From a virus (taxonomy: Duplodnaviria > Caudoviricetes): a stretch of DNA of 27,763 nt. Under the pieces are notes generated by a model that worked only from the letters and a program-made list of their open reading frames with translations, had not been told where the DNA came from and searched no databases. Below are positions 23,501 through 27,763 of the stretch, piece by piece (position 1 is the first letter of the stretch; each line of letters opens with the position of its first letter). Position numbers and translations under genes: made by a program. The stretch is from positions 1 through 27,763 of the IMG/VR virus record IMGVR_UViG_3300022074_000293, one strand, 5' to 3'.

Positions 23501-24322
23501 ATCAGTTGATTTAAATATTGTTTGTCCTGTTAGGTTCTGAGGTTCTCCAGTTGGTGTAATTAAATCTGCTACAACAACTTCACGACGTATAAATTCAGCA
23601 TCAGATGGTTTAATTAAATTACCTTCTAAATCTAATACTCTCGATTCTACTCCATATAATACTTTAAATAAAATTCTTACCGATTCTTCAATACCTTTTG
23701 ATTGGTAAAATGAACGAGCAAACTTTGCAAAATTACCTACGTCTAAATTATCTGCAAAATCATTATTCTCTAATCCAGGTAAAAAAGTTTTCTTAAACTT
23801 TTTGAAAAATTCTTGAAGAAATAATACTGATAAGTTTGTTAAACTAGATCCAGATGTATGAGAAGTTGCTGTTGTATCATCAAATTTTAAACTCTCTCGA
23901 TTTATATTAAGAAGAGAGGATGAAATACCAACATTATATCCAGTGATACCACTAAATCCACGAATACAACCAGTAAATGTTGTTGAAGTTATTCCAGTGT
24001 ATGATATTATTTCATCATCTATTTTAAGTAATCCATACTCAGATGGAAAACCTTTAGTGCTAGGAACAGTTATAGTTGTATCACTAGTTGATATTCCTGC
24101 AGAAATCGTTGTAACACCTACAACAACTTCAGGTACTAAATTATCTACTTTCAAATATTGATCAAAATTAGTAATTAAATCAGTTGCACCACCTTGAAAC
24201 TCTTGTGAAATATAATATTGTTTTAAAAACTCTGTAGCATTAGGAAAATCAGATACCAAAAACTCAGGTAACTGATTCTCAATAATTGTATTGACTTGTA
24301 TTCTTTTGTCAATTTGTGACAT
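11501..24322 (-). CDS. gp7: Giant baseplate wedge initiator gp7-like protein (4273 aa)
   Basis: N-terminal IENQLPEF...FLKQYY and FYQSKGIEESVRILFKVLYG; internal DNDYYQNLSYTVKS...LVHPSGLKNF. Located between gp6 and gp8. Uninterrupted 12.8-kb ORF. Confidence 0.85.
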   Translation of the reverse strand: MSQIDKRIQVNTIIENQLPEFLVSDFPNATEFLKQYYISQEFQGGATDLITNFDQYLKVDNLVPEVVVGVTTISAGISTSDTTITVPSTKGFPSEYGLLKIDDEIISYTGITSTTFTGCIRGFSGITGYNVGISSSLLNINRESLKFDDTTATSHTSGSSLTNLSVLFLQEFFKKFKKTFLPGLENNDFADNLDVGNFAKFARSFYQSKGIEESVRILFKVLYGVESRVLDLEGNLIKPSDAEFIRREVVVADLITPTGEPQNLTGQTIFKSTDTSTSASVSEVEIIKRDGRNYYKIALFVGFSDRDLIEGVFTVPGNTKILDQVSAGSSIINVDSTVGFGTTGTVISGANSSINYTSKSINQFFGCSGVGVGLGTADNIRADETIFGYENGDLSKRIDLRITGVLSELVPITDISLINEGENFFVKNIGEKIENDSKNYKQIFANSWIYNTSSRFQVDIPVGGSTFTLKTPIDKSSLKVGDRFDILKRNQQVIAGSGTVASINTGLNQITVSNIAGFTQDANQLYDIRRKVEKASSSGVTLTQGNDSIIADTLSVYTDGNVDGYVASNSLPSYDITTNIIEENLTGGTAAGLDGFNPLNDRYSFINFNIGRNIKFIQGDAVTYLPEGEVLVGLDTGRTYFVDPVIPQPGQDITKIRIFNSLAQIGSASTVQVGPTTSTSDVHRFVLEKHKSRTLEADKILRKIPLSQNLFVSSNQDIPTNDIGILINGVQVRSPISDNQIYYGPLESIDLLNGGSGYDVVNPPIVGIETSTGVGAAVEPIIQGTVKEVFVDPQEFDIDAVTSISLTGGNGTGCLLQPILGTRNRELQFDSRDVFFNGGVDIANETITFKTVHSLDNGQLVYYGSNGNAPIGIGTAYDPANIVAGTLSDGAPYFVRIVNPSTVRLFNSKNDALFGTAGINTVGLSTDTAASGVHKFRTESRNTLVAVKVLEEGSGYTHRKLRVKPTGISTSLNVVTFKDHGFNSGEIVEYSAETTAIQGLTTTSSYYIKKLTDNTFQLADAGVGGTSIVNYNRGKYADFTSSGEGFQIFNYPQIKVNVDVSYGSTITGDITITPVVTGELIGGYLYEQGTNYGSTTLDKEVIPKVTIENGKYAEFKPIIVNGKIIDVAVVNRGREYYSSPEVKVISTGTGAGAVVRPVIDNGQVIDAIVTNTGIGYSSVATEIRAFSRGDNGVYAARVRSLTLNNTHRFGDSFLSTKEDTLRFSILGYSQDIANNFENTFTVTGSGEFNQIIGHSPIVGWAYDGNPIYGPFGYSDADNINSNLKIITPSYVTDINRVTNRPPGYSAGFFVEDHVYNGTGDLDIHNGRFGKTPEFPNGVYAYFSTVGLGTGTNKLEGQYPYFIGNTYRSPLIAENQILNQDFDFNNSGLRRNTLPYNVDEESAGNDFVIESYEQIRQISKIEAVTEGGVDAITILNGGDGYKVGDLTDFDDTGTNGSGFRAEVDEIVGIGITNINTTLTSFENAVFEWKSGTEVVANYLPFIELNDKDAVSISGLSSSIVNLTDSFNIGVTTNRIGLAKAMTIGSAGGLIQDIFVTQIPNSVSIGGSLRVGSGNVSNASDIELLRVLNVYPLRKVIRVQRHTGIAHTLGSNIDILNNQISIPVQTKKFDSETNDIIYFNAPQSVGVGTTSGGAISVDRVVGDIVERTPIPTRAIHIPNHPFKTGQKLTLNKRNGANRFDVGRTPLVTEFKLPFIGANSTEVYVIDKGDDNIGLVTTRVGIGSTSEGLYFYSKGSLTGISSGLYFFQSSKEQVTGTIDKIITTVSTNVAAANTTTHNLVEGDTIKLNVVPNLNVGIGNTTPVSVNYNEAFEKLLVNPILFTASDVETNQIDLVDHGFETGDKVFYDGGATGLSTGTYFVNRVSSRRFQLSETILDINSNPVRTVNITANTGGDNQSIAPINPRIDVVKNSKLNFGLTSSTLLNFDFKLFYDKELTNEYLSSQDSSTFNVGVGGTIGIGTNNTDPIGAALTVQYSASSPGRLYYGLTKGGFISTADTEVSNYSEIRFIDSKYNGEYKISNVTADTFDISPKIPEFLSYNSNDCEKLEYSTKSTAVHGAIKNLNIISPGFNYKKLPQFKSVTSTNGTDANIIASSNNIGRIKKIRIVDIGYEYSSDKTLSPEAFISPVVNIDNLDIIDSVNIVSGGADYMSTPNLIVFNPVSNTVVDTLSLQPFTPNQTISRVDVLSPVTGLDSVVHKIISINNSNGVGINSVQISNSGVVTCFIETPINGFDTQPFAIGDQVYVEGIQRVGEAGIGATQGGISTNTTIEGSGYNSDNYNYQFFNVDDYITGTQCILKFSTAGVTTNPGIAKTFQSGYATLINKKKYPVIEPVQSRGVFELKETLIVGNVITDLTVIEVRNDYIKIDGKYKIKKGDRIKGELSNVSAEITSIVDNQAKFTTDFSNRQDYGWLDDIGKLNEDYQVIPDNDYYQNLSYTVKSSIEWEKFVNPVNRLVHPSGLKNFADTAITSNLAVGFGTVRESNQTVVLDVGNVLELNDKQRVDAINNFDFARDYDTRVNGSKFLTFQNRTLTDFTRCKTNRVLLHDDISENFSSEGFESTNTVIEPLVEDFANYLVQIVDPDTFDTQFTELVTLTTESNAFILEKTTDFTTVKLGNFDTEILATGTKNLLFTPTEVFLKDHDIKLLKIDFNTDLTGIGTNGIGSVDLTGVNAGIGSTTIGFTTTTIAQFPKTDFNSLYATIFVQDSVTKEINYNEVIVDFDGVDTTIAETYVDTQSGLSNSAVGVITARFENDLIKLQCENDRVNTLDVRANIVGLGTTTTGIGTYRFSVSGQPAGAERSARLESGYVTGTASTMTYATLNKLIDSSVKSLVRVSCGETSAVHQVVSIRDADDILTVQYPFVSAGSTTGIGTFGGEISGDNINLRFYPDAEFQSLIEVQSYNQILYTASDFENTPPDLTYGTVDQRVFLSTYDGAAGLRANKKDFVLKHNEVPIYSKTFNPSGTISTTTSTININSHFFNTNEELTYTPDSTFIGIAGTAISIGSTANVAGVVTTLLPSTVYAKVLDENRFELYTRPEYVSSGNAVTFTGIGAGNAHRLTMRKPLTKTIIGLDGVVQQPVTFTSITHTLDSNIGIGLSQFVLSGIGSVAPRDFLKIDDEYVKVTEVGFSSIASGVINDSTDVALGIATLPVVKVERAQLGITATSHAANATARVHRGAFNIVDSKVFFSDPPKGNNRSRRDETNLPFVRANFSGRTFLRSNYTTNMLFDDISDNFTGIGKTYSLTVGGANTSSGIGIGNGVLFINGVFQTPKTVNNTGSNYEFISDTTAGISTVEFSGITSTNGDFIVSEFDINQNQVPRGGLIVSLGSTPGTGYAPLQGAKVKAFKNAAGGLTSVVGTATSSGFNLGIQTAAYDNITGIITVTTNKVHGFALERPNMVKLKDLNFNVGSGTTIFTNHDRSLFVVGIVSDRTFEVRAGVHTQTHTYTGGGNAFEFFEDLTFGSGYRGGSVAIGVTDQAYVHRFVSAGVGSIRQSNFAGNAFTATNAVYTSHTGTLVLTISSHGLSTSDTVGIDTGGLVFKCSKDNFFSDHPYPRSVSKTSFPNSDPIAGIQTAIIATTTNTITLNVGQGGGGGTGAVVTATVGVGGTLAFNIVSAGTSYVNPEIIIPEPNYDNLPVIGISRAGFGLTTDTGSNLLVDVKVGASKTTVGIGSTTFEISEFSIARPGHSFKVGDKFKPVGLVTAAHLSAPIQEFELEVTQIFQDKFSSWQFGEIDFIDTIKNLQDGSRTRFPLFFNGQLLSFEKDLNNATSQLIDLNAVLLIFVNGVLQVPGSAYTFEGGTTFEFEEAPRPEAQVDIFFYKGQDGVDVDTADIQQTVKIGDEVRLFKHPVGFTTSQQAERTIKELLGAKLVETDIYTGAGIDATNNKPMRWTKQKVDIVLGGKKIDKSREILEPQVYPTSKIIGNFTTSSGEGSTNGIFVDDAEVFFYEKGDHLSASNPDESDGDYNLDYSTVDALVTSGEINVGASATAIVSSAGTITSLDITNAGSGYASATIKISAPPAIGVGVGTTATATATITNGTVTATSITNAGLGYSNLTPPQVIIDLPEFKTEKITSIDNVEGFTGIVTGISTTTVSGQSALKFFFRADKTANTLLVGYPVFIKDTTVGTGITSVDTHNSSIVSIGSTFLDNIYKVHAVTSTGENGEITCNIQNGQTTGVGAGLTGNFNNSNPGIATHLGRISWGRLYNASRNSSPISIGVTGLTVSSGLATFPTIQRKNYTVASLRGLRSSGAIRVFGI

Positions 24323-24325
24323 AAA

Positions 24326-26272
24326 TTATTTCCTCTCTAAATCTCCATTAGAGTAACTTGATGTATAGTAATCTCTGGTAAACACAACTCCTGAAACATC
24401 TTCACCTGAAGAAATTACATCTTTAATTGTATTTATTGTACTCTTTGATACATCAAAACTGAGATACAAATCTTTTAATCCAACAACATCATTTGATTCT
24501 GGGAATGCCTGTACTTCAATTATGTTATTTTCACTTACAGTTGATGTTATGTTAATTGTGTTTAGAATAACTTCTCCTTTTTTATAGTCAACAACACCTG
24601 CATCTTTAACAATAACTCTCTGTTCACCTTTGTTATTTTTAGTCACCACACTGAGTGTTCCCATATTACTGCCATCTAAGTTACCAGCAGTGTTTTTATT
24701 TGGAATATCAGTGATATATGCAGTATCATTAAAACCATTAATTGTAAATCCAGTACTCTTTACATTATATCCTGCAGGATTAATATTAAATTTGTTACCA
24801 AAACAAAGTTCATATTGAGCAAATTGATTTAATAATGCCTTCAAATCTCTTCTAACAATCACTTTTGTAATGTTAGATGTAATTCCATTATCTACACGGT
24901 CAATTAGAGTGGATACTTTACTATATTTAAATCTACCACCGAATTTATTAATCTCTACATTATTTGCATATCCATTTAAAGAGCTAATAATTGAAGTTCT
25001 TAAATCTGTTGCTGATGATATTTGTGAAGAATTATAGTATGCGGTAGTATCAATCTCTACATATAGTATTTTTAAGTCTACTATTTCAGAATTAATACCA
25101 GCGATAGCGTAATTCTTTAATTTGTTTTTAATTTGAGATTTATCAAAATCTGAAACAAAAGTACCATTTTTTGGTTTAATACTAATTTGAACTTTACCAA
25201 ATTGTGGTGGGTCTAATTCTTCTCCACCAACGACTGCAACAGACTCTGTTTGAGGGTATATAGTACCAATTATCGCTTCATAATCTCTTGGTGTAACTGC
25301 TCTATATTGTGCTGAATAAAGTCTTGGAGCAAAATACTTAATAGAGGACACATCTTCAACTTCAGCACCATTAGAAGCGTTTGAAACGGTAGTTACTGTA
25401 ACACTATCAGAAGGTGTAAATATTGTTCCATCACTTTTTGTAAATGTTCCTTGAAAACTAAAATTAGATGCACCATTTCCAGTTTCACCTTCAGTTACAA
25501 TATATCTGACTGTTATAACAGAATTGTTTTCTAACTTACGACCAAATAAACCATCACCAAATAATACTTCATATTTTTCATCCTGAACTTCTTGTGCTAA
25601 AAATATTTCAGAATTTTTATCAATATTTAAAATATTATCAACCATACTATATTTTCTTCCGATTGTAACATCAGCAGGACCTGATACGAAAGTTCTGATT
25701 GTGGAACTATCAATATTTGGACTATCAATAATAAATCTTTGAGATACTCCTGTATCTACTCTATAAACTCTTTGAAGAAGTGTTCCCTCATGAACTGTGA
25801 TTGGATCATCAAACTGTGCAAATGATGTGCCACCTATATCTCTAACTCTTGTTGAGGTTATATTATCTGATATCGAAAAACGATAAGTTGTATTTTCTGC
25901 ACTACCAACACAAACAAGTCCTGAACGTAGTGTTAAAAACTTTGTAGTGCTATCATTTGTTGCACCTACGTTTATGTCAGCGATTCTAATTTGTGCTGTT
26001 GCAGCGGTTTTTGAACGGGGTACATAACCAATATTTCTTGCAAGTGATATTACATTCTCTCTGATGGTTGCGGAATCTAAAAATGATTCATTTGCAACTA
26101 AGTTAGCATTAAATGAATTAATATATGTATTATATGCTAAAGTATCAAGTAAAACTGAAAAGTTAGAACCTTCAAAATCAAAATCAGTAAAATTTGAATT
26201 TGATCGAAGAAAATCTTTTATTTGCGTTTTGATTTCTTCAAAATCTAAACTTGTAAATTGGGTAAAGGGCAT
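24326..26272 (-). CDS. gp6: Baseplate wedge subunit gp6 (648 aa)
   Basis: LDFEEIKTQIKDFLR...FTDFDFEGSNFSVLLDTLAYNTY...NESFLDSAT.RENVISLAR.IGYVP; YEVLFGDG.FG; RAVTPRDYE. Length is close to T4 gp6. Confidence 0.95.
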   Translation of the reverse strand: MPFTQFTSLDFEEIKTQIKDFLRSNSNFTDFDFEGSNFSVLLDTLAYNTYINSFNANLVANESFLDSATIRENVISLARNIGYVPRSKTAATAQIRIADINVGATNDSTTKFLTLRSGLVCVGSAENTTYRFSISDNITSTRVRDIGGTSFAQFDDPITVHEGTLLQRVYRVDTGVSQRFIIDSPNIDSSTIRTFVSGPADVTIGRKYSMVDNILNIDKNSEIFLAQEVQDEKYEVLFGDGLFGRKLENNSVITVRYIVTEGETGNGASNFSFQGTFTKSDGTIFTPSDSVTVTTVSNASNGAEVEDVSSIKYFAPRLYSAQYRAVTPRDYEAIIGTIYPQTESVAVVGGEELDPPQFGKVQISIKPKNGTFVSDFDKSQIKNKLKNYAIAGINSEIVDLKILYVEIDTTAYYNSSQISSATDLRTSIISSLNGYANNVEINKFGGRFKYSKVSTLIDRVDNGITSNITKVIVRRDLKALLNQFAQYELCFGNKFNINPAGYNVKSTGFTINGFNDTAYITDIPNKNTAGNLDGSNMGTLSVVTKNNKGEQRVIVKDAGVVDYKKGEVILNTINITSTVSENNIIEVQAFPESNDVVGLKDLYLSFDVSKSTINTIKDVISSGEDVSGVVFTRDYYTSSYSNGDLERK

Positions 26273-26273
26273 A

Positions 26274-26675
26274 TTATCTTGTTGGTTCTAAAATAAAAGA
26301 AAATGATTGTGTTGGTATATCTAATCCATTAATATCAAAAAATACATTAATGTCTAATACGTTATCATCTGGTCTAGCTTTGACAGTAGCACCAACATTA
26401 CTAACTCTAGGTTCAAAATTACTCAAGGTTTCACGAATTTGATCCTCAATCATCATTACATTCATACGGTCATAGTTATCAAATAAGGTATCACGAATGT
26501 CTGTACCTAAAATTGGGTTAAAAAACCTTTCTGTAGGTATAGTTTCGACCAAATTTCTCACCGATCTTATGACTGCTCGCTCATTCACAAGCACAGGAAG
26601 GTCTTTTGTCACTGGATGTGGTGAAAAAGTTAGACTTATATCCTTAAATGCTCTTGATTTGCGTTGAATCGCCAT
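26274..26675 (-). CDS. gp25: Baseplate wedge subunit gp25 (gpW/gp25 family, 133 aa)
   Basis: FKDISL.F..HPVTKDL...NERAV.RSVRNLV.T...ERFFNP.LG...LF; FEPRV. Immediately upstream of gp6. Confidence 0.93.
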   Translation of the reverse strand: MAIQRKSRAFKDISLTFSPHPVTKDLPVLVNERAVIRSVRNLVETIPTERFFNPILGTDIRDTLFDNYDRMNVMMIEDQIRETLSNFEPRVSNVGATVKARPDDNVLDINVFFDINGLDIPTQSFSFILEPTR

Positions 26676-26693
26676 TATTGATGCTTTTAGTTT

Positions 26694-26701
26694 TATTTAT
26701 A
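26694..26701 (-). promoter_or_regulatory. T4-type late promoter TATAAATA
   Basis: + strand tatttata at 26694-26701, 2 nt after the speD stop and 18 nt upstream of the gp25 ATG. Confidence 0.9.
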
Positions 26702-26703
26702 CC

Positions 26704-27054
26704 CTATCTTGCATGATCATTCATCACATAGTCATCAGTATCGAAGTAATTTAATATCCACCATGCTACACTGCGTGGATTTTTGCTTCCACAAGTGAAA
26801 ATATCGATTGCTACACACCCCTTTTCTGGCCAAGTATGACAAGAAAGGTGACTTTCTGCTAAAGAGATAAGAGTTGTCACTCCATAGGGTTCAAATTGAT
26901 GAGTAAAAGTGTTAAGAACAGTCAAACCCTCCGTTTCAACTGCTCTTACCATCGTTTCTTCTATTTTTTTGGGGTCATTTAACTTATCAAAGGATACATT
27001 ATACACTTCAATGAGTAAATGTTGCCCCATATGGGCATTTTTTACGTTTTTCAT
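26704..27054 (-). CDS. speD: S-adenosylmethionine decarboxylase proenzyme (pyruvoyl-dependent SpeD family), phage auxiliary metabolic gene
   Basis: G.HLL.E N-terminal motif; H.FEP.GVT; LAE-SH autocleavage site (E67/S68/H69); HTWPE; DIFTCG with the conserved Cys88. Alternative start at Met9 (27030). Confidence 0.92.
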   Translation of the reverse strand: MKNVKNAHMGQHLLIEVYNVSFDKLNDPKKIEETMVRAVETEGLTVLNTFTHQFEPYGVTTLISLAESHLSCHTWPEKGCVAIDIFTCGSKNPRSVAWWILNYFDTDDYVMNDHAR

Positions 27055-27763
27055 CCTAATTCGGGTTCAATATTGATATTTACGTTACCTGTGATTGGAT
27101 CAAATGGTTTTCTTTCTTCTTTTTCTTCAACTTCTTCGATTTCGTTGCGTTCTTTTGCTGTTTTCCAGAAATAATTCTCTTCTGAACCCAATCCATCACG
27201 GTCATGACCGTTTTCAACCTGATAATACACTGTTGAAACCTTAAAATCAGGCACTTTTGGTGTTTCTGGAGTAATACTGTTATCGTAAATCCTCATTCGG
27301 TTGTTTGGATAGAGACAAAACTGTCCATTATCCAATTCCAAGAGATTATGAGACTTATGTTCAGCAGGTTGCTCACTTGTTGAGTAGTCAATCGCATCTA
27401 CACTGTCGTGATAGTTGTCTAAAGTACAGATATAGGTGCCTGTCTGGTTGCCATAGTCTCTTGTATAGACTTCATAGTGCATTGAACCGATAAACTGCTT
27501 CTGAACAGCAACAACTCCATAGTCCATACAGTTCCAGAACTGTAGATTATGTAAAGTCATATCAGGGTCAGGTATCTCTGGTTCTGATAGGAATGCCGAA
27601 ATAGGTAGTTTATCAAACATCGCAGCATATTCGGGTAAATACGTCTCAAAATAAAAGGCACGACCAGGAATGCTCTTGGCCGATACCCATACTCCTTTTA
27701 CAAATTCACCATGTCCACTCTTATGGTCGGTTAAGTACTCTTTTCGTACCCATACTTCATAAG
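27051..27763 (-). CDS. Conserved phage hypothetical protein (5'-truncated at the right window edge)
   Basis: The frame stays open beyond the track's ATG at 27620 to the window edge: YEVWVRKEYLTDHKSGHGEFVKGVWVSAKSIPGRAFYFETYLPEYAA-MFDKLPISAF... so the true start lies outside the window. Motifs WNCMDY, YICTLD, EHKSHN, GQF..YPNNR recall a conserved T4-like cyanophage hypothetical family. Confidence 0.8.
   Translation of the reverse strand, partial: YEVWVRKEYLTDHKSGHGEFVKGVWVSAKSIPGRAFYFETYLPEYAAMFDKLPISAFLSEPEIPDPDMTLHNLQFWNCMDYGVVAVQKQFIGSMHYEVYTRDYGNQTGTYICTLDNYHDSVDAIDYSTSEQPAEHKSHNLLELDNGQFCLYPNNRMRIYDNSITPETPKVPDFKVSTVYYQVENGHDRDGLGSEENYFWKTAKERNEIEEVEEKEERKPFDPITGNVNINIEPELG

Noticed and set aside
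2431-24322. Inteins, introns or homing endonucleases explaining the giant ORF sizes
   Set aside because: No intein splice-junction, LAGLIDADG, HNH or GIY-YIG motifs were recognised, and the ORFs are uninterrupted. Size is accounted for by repeated structural modules.
1446-26291. Numerous short + strand ORFs (60-113 aa) in the ORF track
   Set aside because: All lie antisense to long, well-supported minus-strand genes, mostly in the mirror frame. They are expected shadows of codon bias and have no recognisable motifs.
1-27763. tRNA genes, CRISPR arrays, rho-independent terminators
   Set aside because: Intergenic gaps are at most 45 nt. No cloverleaf, spaced repeat array or GC hairpin with U-tract was seen.

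Overview
AT-rich segment of a T4-like marine myovirus, most consistent with a cyanomyovirus (Prochlorococcus/Synechococcus T4-like phage; the host is inferred). All credible genes are on the minus strand and tightly packed. In transcription order (right to left): a 5'-truncated conserved hypothetical protein; speD (pyruvoyl-dependent S-adenosylmethionine decarboxylase family, an auxiliary metabolic gene); gp25, gp6, a giant 4273-aa gp7 and gp8 baseplate wedge genes; a 2476-aa VrlC-like structural protein; three small proteins and a 567-aa fibre-like protein; and the first 28 codons of neck protein gp13, which the ORF track misses. Three perfect T4 late promoters (TATAAATA) divide the region into late units. 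The most notable unexplained patterns are (i) a short G[IV][GS]T-type motif (VGVGT/IGIGT/AGIST) scattered through several non-homologous structural proteins, (ii) C-terminal [DN]GGxF-stop motifs that also form the ribosome-binding site of the coupled downstream gene, and (iii) a modular gp7 with a YHYH-like domain and a ~1800-aa extension. Family assignments come from motif recognition and synteny, not database searches. No tRNA, CRISPR array, intron, intein or mobile element was seen.
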